This document shows, piece by piece, positions 34,281 through 43,705 of a stretch of 64,000 bases of DNA; position 1 is the stretch's first letter; every line of letters starts with the position of its first letter. A program made the position numbers and the translations under genes. Below the pieces are notes generated by a model. That model searched no databases. It was not told the origin of the DNA and was given only the letters and a program-made list of their open reading frames with translations. The DNA is from Candidatus Nomurabacteria bacterium (GTDB lineage Bacteria > Patescibacteriota > Patescibacteriia > HK-STAS-PATE-3): positions 288,001-352,000 of the forward strand of contig CP060223.1 in the NCBI GenBank assembly GCA_023898465.1, read 5' to 3'.

Positions 34281-34293
34281 TATTTTCTCCTTC

Positions 34294-35568
34294 ATGCCTA
34301 CACCAAGCATCTCCAAAGTTACTGCACTAGAAATTCTTGATTCACGTGGCAATCCTACCGTGATGGCAAAGGTTGAATTAAGCAATGGTATGGAAGCGCG
34401 AGCGGGGGTGCCATCCGGAGCTTCTACCGGACGTTTTGAAGCATTGGAGTTGCGCGATAATGACATTAATCGATACCGCGGCCGGGGCACTCGTAAAGCA
34501 GTAGATAATATTAAGACGGTTATTCACCAAGCGCTAAAAGGTAAAAGTGTTGATGATAGCTCGCAGATTGATCGCATCATGATTGATTTGGACGGTACAG
34601 AATACAAATCCAAGTTGGGGGCAAATGCCATCCTGGCGGTTTCATTAGCCTGCGCGCGCTTAGCCGCAAAAGTCTCAGGTAAACCACTCTATCAGTACAT
34701 TCATGAGCATTATGGTTTTTCTGATCAGCCGCTCCGCTTACCCGAACCCATGATGAACATTATGAATGGAGGTAAACACAGCGACTCTGGCTTATCGATC
34801 CAAGAATTTATGGTTGTACCGCACGCGCCGTCCTTCCATGAACGAGTACGCATCGGCGCAGAAATTTTTATGGCTCTCGGAGATCTCCTTCATCAGCAGC
34901 GGCTCTCAAAGTTGGTCGGAGATGAGGGTGGCTATGCACCACGCTTAGATGCAAACACAAAAGCTTTTGAGATGATTCTCGAAGCAATTCATCAGACAAA
35001 TTACAAACCAATCGATGATGTGACTTTGGCTATCGATGCCGCAGCAACGGTCTTTTATGAAGCTGATCTGAATCAATATCGTCTTATGCCAGAGGATTCA
35101 ACTTACTCGGCTGATAAGTTAGTTGATCTCTATAAAGAATGGACAGAAAAATATTTCCTTCGCTCGGTTGAAGATGGATTGCGTGAAGATGACTGGAACG
35201 GTTGGAAGATGATGACAAAGAAGTTAGGAGGAAAAGCTATGGTGGTAGGTGACGATCTCTTTGTAACGAATCCATCGCGCTTACGAGAAGGTATAAAGAA
35301 AAATGCTGCCAACGCTATCATTATCAAGCCGAACCAGATAGGCACAATGACTGAGGCAATTGAGGCGACAAAACTGGCTCAGCAAAATCATTACGCGGTG
35401 ATTGTGGCGCATCGCTCTGGTGAAACTATTGATGATTTTATTGCTGACTTAGCTGTTGGCGTGAACGCAGATTATATTAAGACTGGCTCCTTGTCTCGTG
35501 GCGAGCGTATGGCAAAATACAATCGCTTGTTGGAAATCGAAATGGAATTGAGTGAGTGGAAGAAATAA
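34294..35568 (+). CDS. eno: enolase
   Basis: ISKVTALEILDSRGNPTV, SGASTG..EALELRD, IKPNQIGT, SHRSGET. Start moved to ATG 34294. Confidence 0.95.
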   Translation: MPTPSISKVTALEILDSRGNPTVMAKVELSNGMEARAGVPSGASTGRFEALELRDNDINRYRGRGTRKAVDNIKTVIHQALKGKSVDDSSQIDRIMIDLDGTEYKSKLGANAILAVSLACARLAAKVSGKPLYQYIHEHYGFSDQPLRLPEPMMNIMNGGKHSDSGLSIQEFMVVPHAPSFHERVRIGAEIFMALGDLLHQQRLSKLVGDEGGYAPRLDANTKAFEMILEAIHQTNYKPIDDVTLAIDAAATVFYEADLNQYRLMPEDSTYSADKLVDLYKEWTEKYFLRSVEDGLREDDWNGWKMMTKKLGGKAMVVGDDLFVTNPSRLREGIKKNAANAIIIKPNQIGTMTEAIEATKLAQQNHYAVIVAHRSGETIDDFIADLAVGVNADYIKTGSLSRGERMAKYNRLLEIEMELSEWKK

Positions 35569-35577
35569 ACAGCTACT

Positions 35578-37158
35578 ATGGCAACGAAAAAAGGGACTAG
35601 CACAAAAACTTCTCGAGAAGCACATCTTTGGCCCGCAGTATTGTTAGTCATTGATGGCTTTGGTCACGCGCCAGCCGGCCCAGGGAATGCTGTTACCCTG
35701 GCCAAGACGCCGAACCTAACAAAAATTATGAAAGAAAATCCCTGGACCCTACTTGACGCATCTGGTCCAGCAGTTGGTTTACCCCCGGGTCAGGCAGGAA
35801 ACTCCGAAGCTGGCCATATGAACATCGGGGCAGGTCGAGTTGTATTGCAAGATAGCGTGCATATCACGAAAGAAATTGAAGATGGCCGCTTCTTTAAAAA
35901 TGCCGCATTCCTAGATGCTATCCACCACTGTCAAAAACGCAACAGCCGTGTGCATTTGATGGGGTTACTTTCTAACGAACAGAGTGGGCATAGTAATCCG
36001 GGTCATTTGCAAGCACTCTTAAAGCTCATGCGGCAAAAAAAAGTGAAAGAAGTCTATTTACATCTTTTCACTGATGGTCGCGATACACCTCCCCGTAGCG
36101 GCCTCGGCATGCTTCATAAGTTAGAAAAAACTTTGCGACCAAATGAGCGGGTTGTCAGCATCGCCGGACGTCTATGGGCAATGGATCGTAAGAAAAATTG
36201 GCAGCGAACAGATGCCTCATATCATATGCTTATTGAGGGACAAGGTCATCAAGTAAAATCCGCCTCAGAAGCCATCAGTCAAGGCTATGCGCATGGTACG
36301 ACTGATGAATTTATCGAACCCTCTGTCATATTTGAGAAAGATAAGCCGGTCGGTCGAATCGAGGACGGTGATGCAGTCATTTACTTTAATTTACGTTCTG
36401 ATCGCGCCCGGCAGCTTACCAAGCCTTTTGTGCAGGATAACTTCAAAGAATTCCGTCGCCGCAAAGTCATGCACGACTTAGCCTTTGTGGCTATGACCGA
36501 CTTTGGCCCAGACTTGAATCATTTATTGACTGCGTATCCAAGCGTTGATATTCAGGGCACTTTGCCGATGGCCCTAAAAGGGAAGCGGCAAATGTATATT
36601 GCAGAGAATGAAAAATTCGCCCATGTAACGTATTTCTTAAACGGTGGCTATGCTAACCCGGTGGCAAATGAAGATCGCATTATGATTCCTTCACCTGCGG
36701 TTGCCCATTATGATGAGGTGCCTGGGATGTCCACCCCGGGGATTACCTTGCGTACACTTTCCGTTTTGCAAAAAAAGCAGTACGACTTTATTGGCATGAA
36801 CTTTGCCAATTGCGATATGGTAGGGCATACCGGAAATCTCAAAGCCGCCATCACTGCTGTCGAAACCGTTGATGAGGCGATTGGAACTTTATACAAAGAA
36901 ATCCAAAAGCAGGATGGGTTACTTTTTATAACTGCCGATCATGGCAATGTAGAAAGTATGCTCTTCCCAGAAACCGGTGAGGCCGATACTGAACATTCGC
37001 AAAACCCGGTTCCATTCATTATCGCTGGCAAAGTTCCGAAGCAGTTTAACATTTTGAAAAAAGATGGCGTGTTGGGTCAGGTAGCTCCGACCGTGCTTGA
37101 TACTTTGGGGATCCCCATACCGACAGAAATGAAACTCAGTTCACTATGGCAAAAGTAA
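35578..37158 (+). CDS. gpmI: 2,3-bisphosphoglycerate-independent phosphoglycerate mutase, copy 1
   Basis: VIDGFG, GNSEAGHMNIGAGR, TDGRDTPP, MVGHTG, TADHGN. Confidence 0.9.
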   Translation: MATKKGTSTKTSREAHLWPAVLLVIDGFGHAPAGPGNAVTLAKTPNLTKIMKENPWTLLDASGPAVGLPPGQAGNSEAGHMNIGAGRVVLQDSVHITKEIEDGRFFKNAAFLDAIHHCQKRNSRVHLMGLLSNEQSGHSNPGHLQALLKLMRQKKVKEVYLHLFTDGRDTPPRSGLGMLHKLEKTLRPNERVVSIAGRLWAMDRKKNWQRTDASYHMLIEGQGHQVKSASEAISQGYAHGTTDEFIEPSVIFEKDKPVGRIEDGDAVIYFNLRSDRARQLTKPFVQDNFKEFRRRKVMHDLAFVAMTDFGPDLNHLLTAYPSVDIQGTLPMALKGKRQMYIAENEKFAHVTYFLNGGYANPVANEDRIMIPSPAVAHYDEVPGMSTPGITLRTLSVLQKKQYDFIGMNFANCDMVGHTGNLKAAITAVETVDEAIGTLYKEIQKQDGLLFITADHGNVESMLFPETGEADTEHSQNPVPFIIAGKVPKQFNILKKDGVLGQVAPTVLDTLGIPIPTEMKLSSLWQK

Positions 37159-38744
37159 GCTCCTCAGTTTATCGACCCGTCGTGCTTGTTGTCTACGATG
37201 GTTTTGGTGTCGCACCAGCTTCTCGCGGCAATGCCATTAGCTTAGCCAAGACACCACACTTTGACGATATACTCCGGCATTACCCGGCAATTACCCTACA
37301 AGCTTCTGGCGAGGCGGTTGGTTCGCTCTGGGGGGAGTTGGGGAATTCAGAAGTCGGACACATGAATATGGGCGCCGGCCGCATCGTTTATCAGGATTTG
37401 CCGAGAATCACCAAGGCAGTTGCCGACGGCAGTATCATGAAAAATCCAGCCTTGCTTGATGCGGTAAAGCACGTGAAGGAGAAGGGGAGCAGTCTCCATA
37501 TTATGGGATTGATGAGCTCAGGAGGTGTGCATAGTTTTAATGAGCACGCCTATGCTTTACTCGAATTTGCCAAGCATGAAAAAATCGACAAAGTATTTAT
37601 TCATGCCTTCTTAGACGGTCGCGATACGCCGCATAATAGCGCAGAGCGTTTTATTACCAAACTTCAAGCGACAATACAGAGTTTAGGCGTAGGGAAGATT
37701 GCCTCACTCTCTGGACGCTACTGGGCCATGGATCGAGATAATCGTTGGGATAGGATTGAAAAAGCGTATCGCGTATTAGTTGACGGCAATGCAGAACAAA
37801 GCGCAACTGATCCGATGCAAGCAATTCACGACAGCTATGCAAAGAAAGTATACGATGAGGAATTTATACCTACAGTTATCACTGATGCGGCCGGCGCCCC
37901 GATTGGGAAGATAAACAATAACGACGCAGTCATTTTCTTTAATTTCCGACCAGATCGCGCTCGCCAGTTAACCAAGGCATTTGTGCTGCCAGGTTTTGAA
38001 AAGTTTTCTCGTGTCTACATGCCAGATCTCTTTTTTGTGACAATGACTGAGTACGAAAAGGATTTGCCGGTGAGTATTGCCTTCCCACCTGAGCATGTGG
38101 CAGAGCCTCTAGCAAAAGTCCTCTCTGACGCCGGCAAGACACAACTCCATATTGCCGAGACGGAAAAGTATGCCCATGTCACTTTCTTCTTTAACGGAGG
38201 CCGAGAAAAAGCCTATCCGCAAGAGGACCGCATACTTATTCCTTCACCGGCAGTGAATTCCTATGATCAGAAGCCGGACATGAGCGCTCGTGAAATAACC
38301 GATCGCGTGATTGAAGAAATTCAGAGCATGAAGTATGACTTGATTGTTATTAATTACGCAAACGCAGATATGGTGGGTCACACCGGCAAATTGCCAGCGA
38401 CGATTGAGGCAATTGAAATGTTGGATGAGATGACAGCCCGGCTCAAAGAAATTGTCGAGGAGGTAAACGGTGTGTTGCTACTAACTGCTGATCACGGCAA
38501 TGCTGAGGATATGATTAATTTACAAACCGGCTTTTTACAAAAAGAGCACACGACAAATCCTGTCCCATGTATTTTGGTAGGAAAGGCTTTTCGTTCAACG
38601 AAAGATAAAGACACCATGTCGCTCGATCTTTCTTTGCAGACGCCACGAGGATTACTTTCTGATGTTGCACCAACTATTCTCGAGCTGATGGGAGTTGCCA
38701 AACCAAAATCCATGACTGGAAAGAGTTTGCTCCATGTGTTTTAG
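37146..38744 (+). CDS. gpmI: 2,3-bisphosphoglycerate-independent phosphoglycerate mutase, copy 2
   Basis: VYDGFG, GNSEVGHMNMGAGR, LDGRDTPH, MVGHTG, TADHGN. Overlaps copy 1 by 13 nt. Confidence 0.9.
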   Translation: MAKVSSSVYRPVVLVVYDGFGVAPASRGNAISLAKTPHFDDILRHYPAITLQASGEAVGSLWGELGNSEVGHMNMGAGRIVYQDLPRITKAVADGSIMKNPALLDAVKHVKEKGSSLHIMGLMSSGGVHSFNEHAYALLEFAKHEKIDKVFIHAFLDGRDTPHNSAERFITKLQATIQSLGVGKIASLSGRYWAMDRDNRWDRIEKAYRVLVDGNAEQSATDPMQAIHDSYAKKVYDEEFIPTVITDAAGAPIGKINNNDAVIFFNFRPDRARQLTKAFVLPGFEKFSRVYMPDLFFVTMTEYEKDLPVSIAFPPEHVAEPLAKVLSDAGKTQLHIAETEKYAHVTFFFNGGREKAYPQEDRILIPSPAVNSYDQKPDMSAREITDRVIEEIQSMKYDLIVINYANADMVGHTGKLPATIEAIEMLDEMTARLKEIVEEVNGVLLLTADHGNAEDMINLQTGFLQKEHTTNPVPCILVGKAFRSTKDKDTMSLDLSLQTPRGLLSDVAPTILELMGVAKPKSMTGKSLLHVF

Positions 38745-38774
38745 TTACTCCTTGTTGTGATATACTAAATATCT

Positions 38775-39398
38775 ATGGAAGGTTTCACTGTCCCCGTAGA
38801 AGTTTCCGCGCGACATCTCCACGTAACTGAGGAGACTTTTCATATCTTATTTGGAGCTGAAGCGAATTTGAGTATTGAGAAAAATATTTCTCAGCCAAAT
38901 CAGTTTATAGCAAAAGAGCGGGTAAAAGTAATCGGACCAAAAGGTTCATTTTCATCTGTTGGTATTGTTGGTCCTTATCGTGCATATACCCAGCTTGAAC
39001 TGGCTAAGAGCGACGCGCGTCACATCGGCGTAGATGCTGCGTTAACCGTGTCTGGCACAGAGGTAGAAAATACCGTGCCAGTGACACTGGAGGGTCCCCT
39101 AGGCTCTGTAACGATTCATAAAGATGTCATTATTGCCGCGCGACATCTCCACTGCGATCCAGCAACGGCAGCTAAGTATGGCCTGAAACATCTGGATAAG
39201 GTAAAAGCGCGAATCACTGGCCCCCGTGGCTTAGCATTTGATCAGGTGGTAGTACGGGCGAGAGAAGGCAAAGACGCATTAGCGCTGCATCTCGATACTG
39301 ATGAAGGGAATGCGGCAGGGGTAGAGCCCGGGACGACTGCGGAACTCATACTAGAAGATATTTCCGACGTGCCGCAGCCTGAATTAACTCTCGACTAG
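38775..39398 (+). CDS. pduL: PduL-type phosphate acyltransferase (phosphotransacetylase analogue)
   Basis: VPVEVSARHLHVTEETFHILFG, SQPNQFIAKERV, AARHLHCDP, LHLDTDEGNAAG. Confidence 0.85.
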   Translation: MEGFTVPVEVSARHLHVTEETFHILFGAEANLSIEKNISQPNQFIAKERVKVIGPKGSFSSVGIVGPYRAYTQLELAKSDARHIGVDAALTVSGTEVENTVPVTLEGPLGSVTIHKDVIIAARHLHCDPATAAKYGLKHLDKVKARITGPRGLAFDQVVVRAREGKDALALHLDTDEGNAAGVEPGTTAELILEDISDVPQPELTLD

Positions 39399-39399
39399 T

Positions 39400-40545
39400 A
39401 TGTACACTCTTTCCGTGAATGTAGGCAGCTCAAGTATGAAGTTTGCCGTTTTTGCTCGTGATGAAAAGGTGCTACTGCGGGGTGTGCTCGATGGTATGAA
39501 GCGCGTTAATGTTGTTGTGCATTTGCAGTACGGTAACAAGAAGCGAACCTATGATGTGCGCGGGCCAATTCGTTTGGCTAAGGCGTTTCAATTACTTCGC
39601 AGCGCATTAACCGAGGCGGGGATTGATCAGGCAGAAGTATCAAGCGTGGGTCATCGAGTTGTACACGGGGGAAAGTTTGGTCATGCGGTGAAAATTACCC
39701 CGGCAGTATTACGCGAGTTAAAAAAGTACATTCCACTGGCGCCTCTGCATCAAGGTCAAGATATTGAGGCTATACGTACTGCCCAAAAAGTTTTTCCTGA
39801 GGCGCAGCATATAGCGGTTTTTGACACCTCATTCTTTACGCACTTACCTGAAAAAGCAAAATACTACGCGTTACCGCGAGCGATCATGAAGAAATACCAG
39901 CTGCGCCGGGCAGGTTTCCACGGCCCTTCGCACCAGCACGCTGCCCAGTACGCCGCCCAGAAACTCGGCCGGCCTTTGCGTAAACTTAATCTCATCAGCA
40001 TACACCTAGGTTCAGGCTGTAGCATGACGGCAATTCAGCACGGTAAGCCAGTTGATACCTCTATGGGTTTCACTCCATTGGAAGGCTTAGTCATGTCTAC
40101 TCGTTCTGGTGATATTGATCCTGGCCTGATGCTCTTTCTTTTACGACAGGGATGGAACGTTTCCATGATTGATCGATTACTTCATACGCAATCCGGCTGG
40201 TACGGCCTAAGCGGATTTGTAGATTTTCGTGATGTACTTAAAGCATCTGGTTATCCCGTACCAAATTGGAAATTGCCGCATAAAGTAAATACACAACAAA
40301 AGGCCGAGTGTCGGGCGACAGTCGATACTGTGCTGTATCGACTGACCAAGTATCTTGGTGCGTACTGGGCAGTGCTTGGTGAAGTTGATGCAGTTATTTG
40401 TACCGGCGCAATGGGAGCGAAGAATGTCTGGTTTCGGAAGGCTCTGAAATCCTCCTCGCCTTTGTTTCATCATGCGAAGTGGTTAGCGGTGGAATCAGAC
40501 GAAGAGTTATTAATTGCTCGAGCAGTCCATACTACAGTGAAATAA
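39400..40545 (+). CDS. ackA: acetate kinase
   Basis: LSVNVGSSSMKFAVF, VGHRVVHGG, FDTSFF, GFHGPSH, HLGSGCS. Confidence 0.9.
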   Translation: MYTLSVNVGSSSMKFAVFARDEKVLLRGVLDGMKRVNVVVHLQYGNKKRTYDVRGPIRLAKAFQLLRSALTEAGIDQAEVSSVGHRVVHGGKFGHAVKITPAVLRELKKYIPLAPLHQGQDIEAIRTAQKVFPEAQHIAVFDTSFFTHLPEKAKYYALPRAIMKKYQLRRAGFHGPSHQHAAQYAAQKLGRPLRKLNLISIHLGSGCSMTAIQHGKPVDTSMGFTPLEGLVMSTRSGDIDPGLMLFLLRQGWNVSMIDRLLHTQSGWYGLSGFVDFRDVLKASGYPVPNWKLPHKVNTQQKAECRATVDTVLYRLTKYLGAYWAVLGEVDAVICTGAMGAKNVWFRKALKSSSPLFHHAKWLAVESDEELLIARAVHTTVK

Positions 40546-40547
40546 CT

Positions 40548-41045
40548 ATGTGGTTTACGCCTAGTGAATGGATTGAGCTACTCATCTTGTTTTTTGCTAC
40601 CTTACTTATCCCGACCTTTAATTTCGTCTCACCTTTCCGTCCAATCCTTCTCATTATCGCTTTTGCCACTCATATCCACTTTCTTGTTGTTGGTGTGGTG
40701 GCTTCGGTGGGGGCAACGCTCGGCACTTTGCCACTTTACTACGTTGGACGAAAAACGCAGGAAATGGAAAAGGTGCAAACATGGCTGCAGCATCACTCAA
40801 AATGGAAGCGCTTACTTGAGAGAGTAGAACACAGCACATTTCTTGTCCTTTTGCTTTTACTTTGGACACCCTTACCTGATCAACTCGTTGGACTCTATGG
40901 CGGATTTGAGCGCTATACTATGAAAAAGTTTCTCCTAGCAAATTTTATTGGGCGAGCCGTATGGTACATCCCTCTCGCTTTTGCTGCGACAATATTTGAT
41001 GATCCATTAAGTGGCTTATGGCATTGGCTAACCGGGTGGCTATAA
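40548..41045 (+). CDS. small polytopic membrane protein, DedA/VTT-like
   Basis: Internal ATG 2 nt after the ackA stop. 165 aa, 4-5 TM helices, LGTLPLYYVGRK motif. Confidence 0.5.
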   Translation: MWFTPSEWIELLILFFATLLIPTFNFVSPFRPILLIIAFATHIHFLVVGVVASVGATLGTLPLYYVGRKTQEMEKVQTWLQHHSKWKRLLERVEHSTFLVLLLLLWTPLPDQLVGLYGGFERYTMKKFLLANFIGRAVWYIPLAFAATIFDDPLSGLWHWLTGWL

Positions 41046-41046
41046 G

Positions 41047-41075
41047 TTGCGTGAAAGTAGAAAAATTCGTATACT
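41047..41075 (+). promoter_or_regulatory. sigma70-type promoter of korAB
   Basis: TTGCGT, 17-nt spacer, TATACT. Lies 11 nt before ATG 41087. Confidence 0.55.
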
Positions 41076-41086
41076 AGTGGAACGTC

Positions 41087-42832
41087 ATGGAGGAAATAAC
41101 ACTGAAAATTGGGGGTATCGCCGGGGCGGGAATTAAATCTACCGGCGAGATATTTGCAAAAATCTGCTTGCGCTCAGGCTGGCATGTCTTTGATTACACT
41201 GAATATCCCTCACTTATTCGCGGAGGACATAACACCTATCACGTGCGAGCAGCCACGGAGCCAATCTGGAGCACGGTGCAGTATATACACATCCTTATCG
41301 CACTAAATGAGGAGGCCGTACGACTTCATTTGGAGCACGTGATTGAGGGTGGAGTAGTGGTGTACGATCCTTCGGTCGTGGATGCTGAAAAACTTGGTCG
41401 AGGTCGTAGTGATGTGCGCTTTTGTGCAGTACCTTTTGCTGAATTGGCCATTTCCTCAGGCGGTATTGAAAAGATGGGAAATATGGTTTCCATTGGTGCG
41501 GTGGTTGGACTCTTACACGGCTCGCTGAAAATTACCAAGTCAGTTATTGCCGATATTTTTGCCACTAAGGGTGAGCAAATTGTTTCACAGAATGAAGTAG
41601 CGGCTGAGGCTGGCTATGAATATGTGCAAGAGCATTTTTCTGAACCTTTTGCATGGACTTTGCATGAGTTGGATGCGCCTGAACAGATGCTCGTAGCAGG
41701 AAACGAAGCATTAGGCTTTGGCGCTTTAGCCGGCGGCGTGCAATTTTATGCGGGATATCCCATGACACCATCCTCATCCATCCTGCATTTCATGGCCAAA
41801 TACGGGCCAAAGCAGGGCGTGGTAGTGAAGCACGCTAGCGATGAAATTGGTGCAGTAAATATGTGCATTGGCGCTGGATTTGCGGGAGCGCGAGCCATGA
41901 CCGCCAGTTCGGGTGGGGGTTTTTCTCTCATGGTGGAATCACTTGGTCTAGCTGGGATTACCGAAACGCCAATTGTTATTACCGAAGTGCAGCGTGGTGG
42001 TCCAGCCACCGGCCTACCAACCTGGACCGAGCAAGCCGACCTTCGCTTTGTTGCTCATGCCTCACAGGGTGAATTTCCTCGCGTGCTTTTGGCACCTGCT
42101 TCGGTCGAGGAATGCTTTACCCATGCGGCACTGGCACTTAATCTAGCAGAAATCGCACAAACCCCAGTGCTTATCTTGTCTGATAAATTATTGGCAGAGA
42201 GTCAGAAGAGTACAGAGCCTTTCACCTCCAAACACGTTGCTATTGATCGAGGTAAGCTCATGACCACTCGGGAGGCAAATAGACAAAAAGACTACCACCG
42301 TTATGAAATCACAGAGGATGGTATTTCACCTCGAGCTGTACCAGGCCTGCCCAATACACTTTTCCTAGCTAATAGCGATGAGCATGACACCTATGGCTAT
42401 AGTGAAGAGAACGCAGAGAATCGCACCGCAATGGTTGATAAGCGAGCTCGTAAGCTTGAGCAGATTAAGGATTTACTGCCAAAGCCGATAATAATCGGAC
42501 CAAAGCAAGCTGACTACACTTTTATTACCTGGGGATCCACTATGGGCCCGGTGCTTGATGCAATGCGTATCCTCGAGGCTGAGGGACATAGCGTGCAGAT
42601 GTATCGCTTGCCAGTGATACTTCCGTTCCCAAGCGAAGAGGTAACACAATTTCTAGAAACTACCACGCAAACTATTTTAGTAGAGAATAACAGCGAAGGT
42701 CAGCTTGGTGGTTTGATTCGCGAAAAAACTGGTTACGAATTAGATGTGCACATGTTGAAATATGATGGCCGGCCCTTTTTCCCAGAGGAAATTGTACAAA
42801 ACTTTTTAGCAATGATTGAAGAAGCGCATTAA
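41087..42832 (+). CDS. korA: 2-oxoacid:ferredoxin oxidoreductase, fused gamma-alpha subunit
   Basis: N-terminal gamma-like domain (GGIAGAGIKSTGEIFA...SLIRGGHN) followed by the alpha domain (GNEALGFGALAGGVQFYAGYPMTPSS). Confidence 0.85.
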   Translation: MEEITLKIGGIAGAGIKSTGEIFAKICLRSGWHVFDYTEYPSLIRGGHNTYHVRAATEPIWSTVQYIHILIALNEEAVRLHLEHVIEGGVVVYDPSVVDAEKLGRGRSDVRFCAVPFAELAISSGGIEKMGNMVSIGAVVGLLHGSLKITKSVIADIFATKGEQIVSQNEVAAEAGYEYVQEHFSEPFAWTLHELDAPEQMLVAGNEALGFGALAGGVQFYAGYPMTPSSSILHFMAKYGPKQGVVVKHASDEIGAVNMCIGAGFAGARAMTASSGGGFSLMVESLGLAGITETPIVITEVQRGGPATGLPTWTEQADLRFVAHASQGEFPRVLLAPASVEECFTHAALALNLAEIAQTPVLILSDKLLAESQKSTEPFTSKHVAIDRGKLMTTREANRQKDYHRYEITEDGISPRAVPGLPNTLFLANSDEHDTYGYSEENAENRTAMVDKRARKLEQIKDLLPKPIIIGPKQADYTFITWGSTMGPVLDAMRILEAEGHSVQMYRLPVILPFPSEEVTQFLETTTQTILVENNSEGQLGGLIREKTGYELDVHMLKYDGRPFFPEEIVQNFLAMIEEAH

Positions 42833-42834
42833 GC

Positions 42835-43704
42835 ATGGCCAAAGCAATCGAAAAAAAAGATAAGTTTCACACTGATAAGTCGCCAACTTGGTGCCCGGGC
42901 TGCGGCGATTTCAGTATTTGGATGGCGCTGAAAGAAGCGTTGGAGAAGTTGCAGCTAGAACCAGAAAAAGTTGTGATTGTGTACGGCATTGGTTGTTCTG
43001 GCAATATGGCGAATTATGTCCGCACCTATGGCTTCCACGGCCTGCACGGAAGAGCCTTACCAGTAGGTGAGGCGGTGAAGATGATTAATCCAGGCATGAC
43101 CGTGATCGTAGTCGGTGGAGATGGTGATGGTTTGGGCGAGGGGATCGGCCATTTCTTGCACTCAGTGCGTGGCAATCATGATCTCACGTATATTATTCAT
43201 GATAACCAGGTGTATGGCCTAACCACTGGGCAGACCGCGCCAACCTCAGCTAAGGGTTTTGTTACAAAATCTACTCCCTTCGGCGTCTTGGAAGAGCCGG
43301 TGAACGCCGCAGCACTAGCTTTAGCAGCTGGCGGGCACTTTGTGGCGCGTGGTTTTGCTGGCGAGCAAATGCATTTGGTTGATACTTTGGTTCGAGCTAT
43401 TCAGCACCCTGGCTTCTCGCTTGTAGATGTACTCCAGCCTTGTGTCACTTTTAATGACTTAAATACCTACGCCTGGTTTTTTGAGCGTATTTACAAACTG
43501 GAAGAGAGTGAGTATGCTCCGAATGACCGAATGCAGGCGATGGTAAAAGCAATGGAAAGCGCCACGCTGCCGATTGGTGTGATGTATGAAGGTGAAAGTA
43601 CGCCATATCATTTGGGTGTTGAGGGTCTGGATATTAGTAAGCCTTTAGCTGAGCAAAAGTTGAAGCCGAGAAATATTTCTACGATTGTCGAGCACTACCT
43701 CTAA
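42835..43704 (+). CDS. korB: 2-oxoacid:ferredoxin oxidoreductase beta (TPP-binding) subunit
   Basis: TWCPGCGDFSI, GIGCSG, GGDGDGLGEG. Confidence 0.88.
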   Translation: MAKAIEKKDKFHTDKSPTWCPGCGDFSIWMALKEALEKLQLEPEKVVIVYGIGCSGNMANYVRTYGFHGLHGRALPVGEAVKMINPGMTVIVVGGDGDGLGEGIGHFLHSVRGNHDLTYIIHDNQVYGLTTGQTAPTSAKGFVTKSTPFGVLEEPVNAAALALAAGGHFVARGFAGEQMHLVDTLVRAIQHPGFSLVDVLQPCVTFNDLNTYAWFFERIYKLEESEYAPNDRMQAMVKAMESATLPIGVMYEGESTPYHLGVEGLDISKPLAEQKLKPRNISTIVEHYL

Positions 43705-43705
43705 G

